This document shows positions 52,779 through 60,989 of a stretch of 64,000 nt of DNA, piece by piece. The translations under genes and the position numbers were made by a program. The first letter of the stretch is position 1. Every line of letters starts with the position of its first letter. The notes below the pieces were generated by a model that saw only the letters and a program-made list of their open reading frames with translations, was not told the DNA's origin and made no database searches. The stretch comes from an uncultured Acidobacteriaceae bacterium. GTDB lineage: Bacteria; Acidobacteriota; Terriglobia; Terriglobales; Acidobacteriaceae. The stretch spans positions 178,160 to 242,159 of the forward strand of contig CAWBKM010000006.1 in assembly GCA_963789425.1 (NCBI GenBank), in the 5' to 3' direction.

Positions 52779-53999
52779 ATGAAGTCACTGCTTTGCGCAT
52801 TCCTCGTGGTCTTGGGCAGCCACGTGGCTTTTGCCGCGTCTCCGTCCTCTAACGCAGCCGACCAGGCCGAAGCAGTGAACGGCGGCAACGCCTTCGCCGT
52901 CGACCTCTACGCGCAACTTTCGAAGCAGTCGGGCAATCTTTTCTTTTCGCCGGAGAGCATCTCGACCGCATTTGGAATGGCGTATGCCGGCGCGCGCGGC
53001 GAGACAGCAACCGAGATGCAGCACGTATTCCACTTCACACTGCCGCAAGATCGGCTGCACCCTGCGATGGGTGCTCTGCTAGCCGAAATGAACGGTCAGC
53101 ACAACGGCTTTGAGTTGCACGTGGCCGATGCGCTGTGGGCGCAACAGGACGCAAGCTTCCTGCCGGATTACCTGAAGCTGGTTCAAACCGATTACGGCGC
53201 GGGGTTCCACCAGGTTAACTTCAAGGTTTCGCCCGAGAGCGTGCGCGCGACTATCAACGCATGGGTTGAACAGCAGACCAACAACAAAATCAAGGATCTG
53301 ATCGGCCCCGGTGCGCTCAACGCCTCAACACGACTCGTACTCACCAACGCGGTGTACTTCAAAAGCGCATGGCTGGCTCCGTTCGACGCCGAAGCCACGC
53401 AGAAAGAGGAGTTTCACCTCTCCGCCACGCAGTGGGCGATGGCGCCAATGATGAACCGGACCGGCAGCTACAGCTACTACGATGGCGGATCGTTCCAGGC
53501 GCTGGAGTTGCCCTATGCGGGCGACCAGGTCTCGATGGTCGTTCTGCTGCCGAAAAAGATCGACGGCCTTGCGGCGCTGGAGAAATCGTTCGGCTCGGGC
53601 GTGGCGGGCGATTGGATCCGGAAGCTGGAACCGGTGGACAAGGTGGTTCTCACTTTGCCGCGATTCACGATGACGCAACAGTTCGAGTTGAGCAACACTC
53701 TCGGGACCATGGGCATGGCGCAAGCCTTCAGCAATGCGGCGGATTTCTCGGGCATGACCGGCAAGCCCGACTTCGCCATCTCCGCCGCCATTCACAAGGC
53801 CTACATCGACGTGGACGAGCTGGGCACTGAGGCGGCCGCGGCAACGGCGATCACGTTTGTTGCGACGGCGATGCAACGGCGGGTCCCTGAGCCGCCGCCC
53901 ATCGTCTTCCGCGCCGACCATCCCTTCCTGTTCATTCTGCTCGATACACGATCGGGGAGCATGCTCTTTCTCGGGCGCGTCGCCGACCCGACAAAATAG
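52779..53999 (+). CDS. Secreted serpin (serine protease inhibitor)
   Basis: NLFFSPESI, LVLTNAVYFK, LELPY, LPRF, hinge ELGTEAAAAT, FRADHPFLF, LFLGRV.DP; signal peptide. Confidence 0.95.
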   Translation: MKSLLCAFLVVLGSHVAFAASPSSNAADQAEAVNGGNAFAVDLYAQLSKQSGNLFFSPESISTAFGMAYAGARGETATEMQHVFHFTLPQDRLHPAMGALLAEMNGQHNGFELHVADALWAQQDASFLPDYLKLVQTDYGAGFHQVNFKVSPESVRATINAWVEQQTNNKIKDLIGPGALNASTRLVLTNAVYFKSAWLAPFDAEATQKEEFHLSATQWAMAPMMNRTGSYSYYDGGSFQALELPYAGDQVSMVVLLPKKIDGLAALEKSFGSGVAGDWIRKLEPVDKVVLTLPRFTMTQQFELSNTLGTMGMAQAFSNAADFSGMTGKPDFAISAAIHKAYIDVDELGTEAAAATAITFVATAMQRRVPEPPPIVFRADHPFLFILLDTRSGSMLFLGRVADPTK

Positions 54000-54050
54000 A
54001 GCCACCGCCGTAGAGACGATGGCTCCAGTTGATGCGAAAGATTCTGAAAG

Positions 54051-55907
54051 TTACTTCCCGACGGGAAGCCTGACAAGGCGCGCCTCGAGCAAGGCTTCAA
54101 TCACCTTGAGCGCTTCAACCGCTGATTCAGCGACCGGCTCGTCAACCTGAACAACGGCCAGCGCTTTAACGAGTTCCCCTCCCCGTCGCGTCTCTGCACG
54201 CTCGCGGCCCAGCGCGAAGTTGGCGATGTTGACGCCCTGCTGGCCGAGAATCGTTCCGATGCGGCCGATGACGCCGGGCACGTCGAGGTTGCGGCAGACA
54301 ACGAGGGTTCCCTCAAGCGGAGCCTCGACATCAATGCCGTCGAAAGCGAGCAAGCGCGGATGCTCACCTCGAATGACGGTGGCGCTGGCGCGGCTTTCTC
54401 CCTGCGCGGTGTGCATAACAATCGTAAGGACCGAGGCCGCGCCGCCGCGATGGCTTTCTTGCCTCTCCTCGTGAACGCGTACGCCGCGCTCCGCCGCCAC
54501 GGCTGCTGCATTGATCCGATTCACATTCTCCGAGCCTTGCAGCAGACCCGCGATCGCCGCATTGCGCACCAGCTCGGTTCTAGCTTCGGCGAGCGTGCCG
54601 CCGTAGACAATGTGAATCGAGTCAATGCCTGACTTTCCGCCCCCCTTGCCGACATGCGCCAGAAACGATCCCAGCCGCCCGGCGAGGTCGATGTAGGGAG
54701 CCAGTTGCACATATTCCTCGCGGCTCAATGACGGAACGTTTACGGCGTTCTGCACCACGCCCAGCTTGAGGTAATCGCAAACCTGATGCGCGATCTGGAT
54801 GCCAACGGCTTCCTGAGCCTCAGACGTAGATCCGGCAATGTGCGGAGAGAGCATCACATTGTCGAGGTCGAAGTAGGGCGAATCCCTGGGCGGCTCGACA
54901 GCGAATACGTCGAGCGCCGCTCCCGCCACCTGCCCACCCTTGAGTGCAGCGGCCAGATCGGCATCGCATACCAGCTCGCCGCGCGCGCAATTGACGATGC
55001 GCACGCCCTTCTTCATCATGGCGATGTTTTTTGCGTTGATGATTCCCTGCGTCTGCGGCGTGAGGCCCACGTGCAGCGTGATGTAGTCGGAATGTGCAAA
55101 CAGCTCCTCGACCGGAACGAGAGTGATTCCGTTTTCGCGCGCCAGGGCCGCGGAGACAAAGGGATCGGTTCCCATGATCTCCATGCCGAAGCCGCGCGCG
55201 CGTTTTGCCACTTCAAGGCCGATTTTGCCCAGACCTAAAATGCCGAGCATTTTGCCGCGCAGCTCGGTGCCTTGCAGGTTCTTCTTCTCCCACTTGCCTG
55301 CGTGCATGGTGGCATTGGCTGCAGGCACTTTTCGCGCCAGTGCGATCATCAGGCCGATCGTCAGTTCGGCAACGGCGACCGCGTTGGCGCCGGGCGTGTT
55401 CATGACCACAATGCCGCGCCGCGTGGCGGCCTCGGCGTCGATGTTGTCCACGCCTACGCCGGCCCGGCCAATCACACGGAGCTTTGGTGCGTGCTCCAAC
55501 AATGCGTCGTCAACCTGGACCGCGCTACGAACAACGAGCGCGTCGGCATCGGCCAGCGCAGCAGGCAAACCTTCAGGCAACTGATCGTGCGTTTTGACTT
55601 CCCATCCCGACTCGGCCGCAAAGACTGCCAGAGTGGCCGGAGAAACTTTTTCCGCCAGTACGATCTTCATGGCTGCTCCCTTGTCCGCCGCGGCGGACGC
55701 GCTCATGTACTCATCAAAGCGAATGCCCTGCTGTTCGCAGAGCAGGTCGAACATGCGCAGCACCGCCGCGTGTGGCTTGCCCTCGCCGCGCTCGTATTTG
55801 GTCAGCGAGTTGGGGTGCACTCCCAGCCGCTCCGCCATTTCGTATTGATAGAGATCGAGCTGCTTGCGCGCGATCAGCAGCTTTTCTCCGAAAGTCAGGT
55901 CAGGCAT
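54051..55907 (-). CDS. serA: XRE-type HTH fused in frame to D-3-phosphoglycerate dehydrogenase (ASB+ACT type); internal start at 55670 gives a stand-alone 539-aa SerA
   Basis: Residues 1-67 FGEKLLIARKQLDLYQYEMAERLGVHPNSLTKYERGEGKP; from M80 VRSA, RAGVGVDNID, NTPGAN, GLGKIG, VNCARG, SPHIAGST, ACT VPGVIG...VNIANF. Confidence 0.9.
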   Translation of the reverse strand: MPDLTFGEKLLIARKQLDLYQYEMAERLGVHPNSLTKYERGEGKPHAAVLRMFDLLCEQQGIRFDEYMSASAAADKGAAMKIVLAEKVSPATLAVFAAESGWEVKTHDQLPEGLPAALADADALVVRSAVQVDDALLEHAPKLRVIGRAGVGVDNIDAEAATRRGIVVMNTPGANAVAVAELTIGLMIALARKVPAANATMHAGKWEKKNLQGTELRGKMLGILGLGKIGLEVAKRARGFGMEIMGTDPFVSAALARENGITLVPVEELFAHSDYITLHVGLTPQTQGIINAKNIAMMKKGVRIVNCARGELVCDADLAAALKGGQVAGAALDVFAVEPPRDSPYFDLDNVMLSPHIAGSTSEAQEAVGIQIAHQVCDYLKLGVVQNAVNVPSLSREEYVQLAPYIDLAGRLGSFLAHVGKGGGKSGIDSIHIVYGGTLAEARTELVRNAAIAGLLQGSENVNRINAAAVAAERGVRVHEERQESHRGGAASVLTIVMHTAQGESRASATVIRGEHPRLLAFDGIDVEAPLEGTLVVCRNLDVPGVIGRIGTILGQQGVNIANFALGRERAETRRGGELVKALAVVQVDEPVAESAVEALKVIEALLEARLVRLPVGK

Positions 55908-55914
55908 CGAACGA

Positions 55915-56066
55915 CAGCTCCTAGCCTCTAGCTTCTAGCTCTTAGCTAGATGTCGGTAGAGCCCGCGTTTTCCCATCCTTCATGGCCCGGAAAATCTCGC
56001 GGAATCCAAAATCATTGCGAATCACCGCGAACAAGCTAGCGGCTAGAAGCTAGGAGCTAGCGGCTG
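55915..56066. repeat. Divergent GCTAGRA heptamer arrays forming an inverted repeat across the aminotransferase-serA junction
   Basis: Minus 55946-55915: GCTAAGA GCTAGAA GCTAGAG GCTAGGA GCTG; plus 56035-56066: GCTAGCG GCTAGAA GCTAGGA GCTAGCG GCTG. Confidence 0.8.
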
Positions 56067-57228
56067 CTTTGGCATACACTTCCTGCGCCGCGGCCACGGC
56101 CTGGCCGAACTTTACCGGCAGTCCGAGATTGTCCTTGGCGATATGCTCCATGGCGCCAAGCAGTGCGATGGTGTCGAGATAGTCGAAGAAGCCGAGATGG
56201 GCGACGCGAAAGATCTTGCCCTGCATCTCGCCCTGGCCGTTTGCGGCTACCAGCGCAAATTTCGACTTGAGCGCCTTGACGACAACACCCGAGTCCATGC
56301 CTTCAGGCACTGCAACGGCTGTGGCGGCGGCAGCAGGAGCAGTGGGCGCGAAGAGAGTGAAGCCGAGAGCTACGAGGCCGGCGCGCGTGGCCGCGGCGTT
56401 CACCTGTGCGTTGTCGATCAGAGCGATGCGGCCTTTCTCGAGATCGCCGCCCGCCTGCCCTGCAATGTAATCGAGCGCGGCGCCAAGCGCGGCAACAAGC
56501 GCAACAGCCGGCGTGTAGGCGCTTTCGCCCTTGACCGCGTTCTTGCGCTCTTTGCGCAGGTCGAAGTAGTAGCGCGGATTCTTCGTGGTCTCCATGGCCG
56601 CCCATGCGTGATCGCTCACGCTCAAATAGGCCAGGCCGGGAGGAATCATGACAGCTTTTTGCGAGCCGCCGATGAGCACATCGATGCCCCATCCGTCGAC
56701 ATCGAAGTGCGTGGTGCCGAGGCCAGTGATGCCATCGACGACAAGCAGCGTGTTCGGTGCGACCTCATCGCGGAGTTTCGCGATGGCCTGGATGTCGTGA
56801 CGGACCGCCGTCGAGGTCTCGGTGGCCTGCGTGTAAATGACTTTGTGTTCCGGCTTGAGCGCGGCGCGAACCGCTGCCAGGTCGAAGGTCTGTCCGTAGG
56901 GAGCGGTGACCACTTCGGGCTCGCAGCCGAAGGCCTTCGCAAGGCCTGTCCATCGCTCGCCAAATTTTCCGGCCGTGAGCACCAGCACCTTGTCGCCCGG
57001 CGAGGTCAGGTTCGAAACCGAGGCCTCCATAGCGCCGGTGCCGGAGCAGGAGAGGAGCAGCACATCGTTCTTGGTGCCGACAAACACTTTGAGCTGGGCG
57101 AGCACCTTCTGGAAGAGGGCGCGGAACTCAGCAGTACGGTGATGCATGTCGGCCGCAGCCATGGCGAATTGAGCTGCGGGAAGGAGGGGCGTTGGGCCGG
57201 GAGTATAAAGGCGAGTCTTGCGGATCAT
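56050..57228 (-). CDS. Class V PLP aminotransferase (serine-pyruvate/alanine-glyoxylate type), probable phosphoserine aminotransferase
   Basis: LYTPGPT, HHRT, SGTGAME, GKFGERW, ETST, VDGITG, GGSQKA, FRVAHLG; ATG 57228. Confidence 0.9.
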   Translation of the reverse strand: MIRKTRLYTPGPTPLLPAAQFAMAAADMHHRTAEFRALFQKVLAQLKVFVGTKNDVLLLSCSGTGAMEASVSNLTSPGDKVLVLTAGKFGERWTGLAKAFGCEPEVVTAPYGQTFDLAAVRAALKPEHKVIYTQATETSTAVRHDIQAIAKLRDEVAPNTLLVVDGITGLGTTHFDVDGWGIDVLIGGSQKAVMIPPGLAYLSVSDHAWAAMETTKNPRYYFDLRKERKNAVKGESAYTPAVALVAALGAALDYIAGQAGGDLEKGRIALIDNAQVNAAATRAGLVALGFTLFAPTAPAAAATAVAVPEGMDSGVVVKALKSKFALVAANGQGEMQGKIFRVAHLGFFDYLDTIALLGAMEHIAKDNLGLPVKFGQAVAAAQEVYAKAAASS

Positions 57229-57267
57229 TTTTTCCTCGCTTTGGACTGGCATTTGAAGTGAGCCAGC

Positions 57268-57312
57268 AATCACATAATACACACTTTTGTGATTTTTGTG
57301 GTTATTCTTGTG
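57268..57312. promoter_or_regulatory. Candidate operator upstream of the aminotransferase-serA operon
   Basis: AATCACA-N13-TGTGATT (57268-57294) overlapping minus-strand TATTAT; TTGTG at 57287, 57296 and 57308. Confidence 0.5.
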
Positions 57313-57485
57313 GAAATGCCCCGGTAAGGCCCTGAATGCGGGCAAAATAGCCCCCTTTCACTCTGATCTTCCAAAGTCGGTACAATTCTTCTTTGGTCGC
57401 CTCTCAAAGGCCCGCTTCGAGACCCGGAGCGGCCCCGAAGGAGCTTAAGCGAACCCCATAAAAAGCGAACGCCAGGAGAGAATAG

Positions 57486-57968
57486 ATGACCGACGCAGGC
57501 GAACTCGAAGCCCTTGTCAGCCAACAGATTGTAATTGCCATGAAGGCGCACGATGCCGAGCGCACAGGCACTCTGCGGCTGATCAAGAATGCGCTGAAAA
57601 ACAAGGCAATCGAGAAGCGCGAGCCGCTGACGCAAGCCGAGAGCGAACAGACGCTGGCCACGATGATCAAGCAGCGGCGTGACTCGATTGATCAGTTTGC
57701 CAAGGGCAACCGGCCCGACCTCGTGGCCAAGGAACAGGCCGAGATTGTGGTCATCGAGGAGTTTCTACCAAAGGCGCTGGACGAAGCAGAGCTGGCGAAG
57801 TTGGTGGCGGAGGCGATTGGCGAACTGGTAGCGACGCTCGGTCACAAGCCAACGGTGAAGGAGATGGGCCCGGCGATGAAGGCGGTCCAGGGCAAGCTGC
57901 AGGCGGCGGGTCTGCGCGCCGATGGGCGACTGGTGAGTGAGCTGGTAAAGAAGGAGTTAGCCGGCTAG
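57486..57968 (+). CDS. GatB/YqeY domain protein
   Basis: AMKAHD...LRLIKNAL, IKQRRDSIDQF.KGNRPDL...EIVVIEEFLP, KEMGPAMK, DGRLVSELVK. Confidence 0.92.
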   Translation: MTDAGELEALVSQQIVIAMKAHDAERTGTLRLIKNALKNKAIEKREPLTQAESEQTLATMIKQRRDSIDQFAKGNRPDLVAKEQAEIVVIEEFLPKALDEAELAKLVAEAIGELVATLGHKPTVKEMGPAMKAVQGKLQAAGLRADGRLVSELVKKELAG

Positions 57969-58166
57969 GCGGCCGGGCTCCCTAACGGTGGAAGCGCGCC
58001 GCAAGATGCGCCGTGGCAGCGGGAAGTCGATTCCAAGCGCGAGCGAAACAAATCCCCTCAGATCGGGTTTGCTGTGTAAGCCCTCCCCCTGGGCTGCCGG
58101 GTTCCATTTTGTTTGGATGAATGGGATCCGGCATTTGCAAGGGCTCGGAATGGACTGAGAGGGACC

Positions 58167-59918
58167 ATGACTCCCGAAACGAATCTGCGTTTTTTATCCT
58201 CAGCGTCGGTTTCTCCGCAACTGAACCAGTCACCCAGCGAATCAATTCTCGACGAATCTTCAGCGCGGCATAGAACGAGCGCCTTTTGGCTGATTCCCTG
58301 CGTAGCGCTTGCAATCGCCGCGCTCGCATTGGCGGCGGATGCGACGGCGCAACAGCCGTACCCGGGAGCGCCGTACGATAATTCTCCCCAAGCCGGCCAG
58401 TACGCGCAGCCCTATGCGGACCAGCAGCCGAACGGTGCGCAGGCGCCGTCATATCCTGAGCAGGACCAAGGCGCGGCACCAGCTCAGTCGCTAAGCGCCG
58501 AGGATCTGGAGCAGTTGCTGGCGCCGATCGCGCTTTATCCTGATTCGTTGCTCGCGCAGATTCTTGCTGCGTCCACATATCCGGCGCAAGTGGCCATCGC
58601 CGACCAGTGGGTGCAACAAATGCGCACGTCGGGTTACGGTTCACCCGATCAGATTGCGGCCGGAGCGAACGCGCAGACCAACTGGGACCCGAGCATCAAG
58701 GCACTTACAGCGTTTCCTGACGTGCTCGATCTGATGAACCACGATCTGGAGTGGACCACGAACCTGGGCAATGCGTATTACAACCAGCCGCAGGATGTGA
58801 TGCAGACGGTGCAGGTGCTGCGCGACCGCGCCGAGCAAGCGGGCAATCTGCAATCGACTCCGCAAGAGCAAGTGCAGAACGACCAGGGCTACATCGATCT
58901 TGCTCCTACGGACCCGCAGGTTGTGTACGTGCCTACCTACAATCCGTGGGATGTTTATGGCCCACCTATCGCGCCCTATCCGGGCTTCTCGTTTATCGGC
59001 GCGCTGGGCGACTTTTTCGGCGCCAGTCCGATTCAATACGGGCTCAGCTTCGCTCTCGGAGCTTTCGATCGCATGCCGTTCGGGTGGCTCGCTTGGGGCT
59101 TTGACTGGGTTGGTCACGCACTGATGTTCGACCACTCCGGCTACTCCACGCACAGCAACCAGGTTGCCGATTGGGGCCTGCCGCGCGGAGGACCTCGCGC
59201 CTACGGCCGTGGCGGGTCGTGGGGCAGTCGAGGAAATTCATACCAGGCGGGCGGCGAGCGGCGGGGATACTATCAGCGCGGCAACGACCCGCGCGGCGGA
59301 TGGTTGGACAATTCTGGTGGACGCGGTGGGCGTGGCGGTGCCCAGTCCTACGTCCGTCCTGCGCAGGGATTCCCGGAGCCTGGACGACTCGACCGTTCCC
59401 CGCAGGGGTACTCACGTACGGCGCCACAGCAGAACTACGGCTATCGCCCGCAGACTTATCCTAACCGTGAACCAACGTACATGAATCGCGGATACGAAAC
59501 CAGGCCGCAAAGTTACAGTAGTCTGGGTTACCGTTACGGCTACACTGGCCGGTCAAATTATGGATACACGGGGCCGCAGACTTACACCACGCGACCCAGC
59601 TTCGCAACTTCCAACCCATCCAGATCTTATCGCGCGCCGCAGCCCGACTACTCGCGCGGATCTTCGAGCCGATCGTATCAGAATTACGGCAGTTCGGCGG
59701 CACGGAACGAGCGCCCTGGCGGATTCCATCTCTTCGGCGGTGGACAGCCCAGGTCCTTCAGCAGCCAACGCGCGCCCTCGTACTCCTACAAAGCGCCGAA
59801 GGGTTTTGGCGGGGGGCGTCAGAACTTCGGTGGAGGACATCAGAGTTTCGGTGGCGGGCACATGAGCGCACCCAAGATGAGCCGTTCCAGTGGCGGCGGC
59901 GGGAAGCACCACCGCTGA
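58167..59918 (+). CDS. DUF3300-like exported protein with long G/R/Y/S/Q low-complexity tail
   Basis: LEQLLAPIALYPDSLLAQIL.ASTYP, WDPSIKAL, WTTNLGNAY..QP.DVM..VQ.LR.RA, VYVPTYNP; ATG 58167 after GAGAGGGA. Confidence 0.85.
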   Translation: MTPETNLRFLSSASVSPQLNQSPSESILDESSARHRTSAFWLIPCVALAIAALALAADATAQQPYPGAPYDNSPQAGQYAQPYADQQPNGAQAPSYPEQDQGAAPAQSLSAEDLEQLLAPIALYPDSLLAQILAASTYPAQVAIADQWVQQMRTSGYGSPDQIAAGANAQTNWDPSIKALTAFPDVLDLMNHDLEWTTNLGNAYYNQPQDVMQTVQVLRDRAEQAGNLQSTPQEQVQNDQGYIDLAPTDPQVVYVPTYNPWDVYGPPIAPYPGFSFIGALGDFFGASPIQYGLSFALGAFDRMPFGWLAWGFDWVGHALMFDHSGYSTHSNQVADWGLPRGGPRAYGRGGSWGSRGNSYQAGGERRGYYQRGNDPRGGWLDNSGGRGGRGGAQSYVRPAQGFPEPGRLDRSPQGYSRTAPQQNYGYRPQTYPNREPTYMNRGYETRPQSYSSLGYRYGYTGRSNYGYTGPQTYTTRPSFATSNPSRSYRAPQPDYSRGSSSRSYQNYGSSAARNERPGGFHLFGGGQPRSFSSQRAPSYSYKAPKGFGGGRQNFGGGHQSFGGGHMSAPKMSRSSGGGGKHHR

Positions 59919-59982
59919 GCCTTTCCGCCGTCAGGCAAGAGCGTGCGCGTCGCAGAGAGCGCCCGAGGCTGCTATCGCAGAA

Positions 59983-60471
59983 TCAATTAAACTCGATCAG
60001 ATCAGTGTAGGGAGCGGGATGCCCGAGCACTCTGCACATGGCGACAATCTGACCCTTGTGATGGAAGGCGTGGGTCAGGACATGATGCAGAATGAGCGCG
60101 GGAGTTCTGACGGCAGAGTCTCCATCGGGAAAACGCAGCACGGTGTTCCGGATGAGCTGTTGATCCGTCAGGCCTGACAAATATGCGAGGGTCTGGTTTC
60201 TGACTTCCGCCTGCAAGAGCCTCGCATCAGCCACGGTGGGGCAATCTGCGGGTTTCCGGTCTCGATAGGTCAATCCCTGGATCGAGTGGATCCAGAATCC
60301 TTCGCAATTGAAAATATGAATGACCTGCTCGCGGAGCGTAGGGAACCCGAAGCCCGGCACTTCCGCTGAATAGTCGCTTGCAGAGAATGTGGACAGGTGA
60401 TCGAGCGTGCCGGTGAGGCAAGAATGCGTCCAGGAATGGAATTTCCGAATGCCTTCAACGGTAAACATCAA
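59983..60471 (-). CDS. DinB-family protein
   Basis: TLREQVIHIFNCE.FW, LHHVLTHAFHHKGQ, DLI. Confidence 0.85.
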   Translation of the reverse strand: MMFTVEGIRKFHSWTHSCLTGTLDHLSTFSASDYSAEVPGFGFPTLREQVIHIFNCEGFWIHSIQGLTYRDRKPADCPTVADARLLQAEVRNQTLAYLSGLTDQQLIRNTVLRFPDGDSAVRTPALILHHVLTHAFHHKGQIVAMCRVLGHPAPYTDLIEFN

Positions 60472-60584
60472 AGTCTCTTTCCGATCTCGATCTTGGGGGA
60501 TTTAGGGGATTTTCAGCATTCGAGCGCTGGGAAATCAGAATACATTCGGATCGCGGACTTGGCCAAATCAAATCGCCAGGCAAA

Positions 60585-60926
60585 TTATGTTCGTCCAACT
60601 TCGCGCGGACGCGCCTCGTGAAGCTCGCGGTGCAATTCGTCCACCTTCTCACGAGCTTTCCTTAGAGCCTTCTTTCCCGCAGGCGTAATGCGATAGACGC
60701 GCCGAGCGCGGCCGCCTGCCCGACCGGGAATGGTTTTGAGCAAACCGCTGCGCTCCATCCCGTGCAGGAGCGGATAAAGGGTCCCGGGCCCAATGCGATA
60801 GCCGTGATGCGCAAGCTCCTCCATCATCGCCAGTCCGAAGATGGGCTCGTGGCTCGCGTGCAGCAGCACGTGAATGCGGATCAGCCCGTAAAACAGTTCC
60901 CGCCTGAGACTCGGCACAGGAAACAC
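60585..60926 (-). CDS. PadR-family transcriptional regulator
   Basis: GLIRIHVLLHASHEPIFGLAMMEEL, GPGTLYPLLHGME, RRVYRITPAG; GTG 60926 after GGAGG (start uncertain). Confidence 0.9.
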   Translation of the reverse strand: MFPVPSLRRELFYGLIRIHVLLHASHEPIFGLAMMEELAHHGYRIGPGTLYPLLHGMERSGLLKTIPGRAGGRARRVYRITPAGKKALRKAREKVDELHRELHEARPREVGRT

Positions 60927-60952
60927 TATACCTCCCTTCACGAGATTTTGCC

Positions 60953-60981
60953 TTGACTCTTATCGAACTTCGATATAAGTT
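60953..60981 (+). promoter_or_regulatory. Sigma70 promoter with palindromic operator in the spacer
   Basis: TTGACT-17-TAAGTT; TATCGAA-C-TTCGATA at 60961-60975. Confidence 0.75.
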
Positions 60982-60989
60982 TGCGCCAG

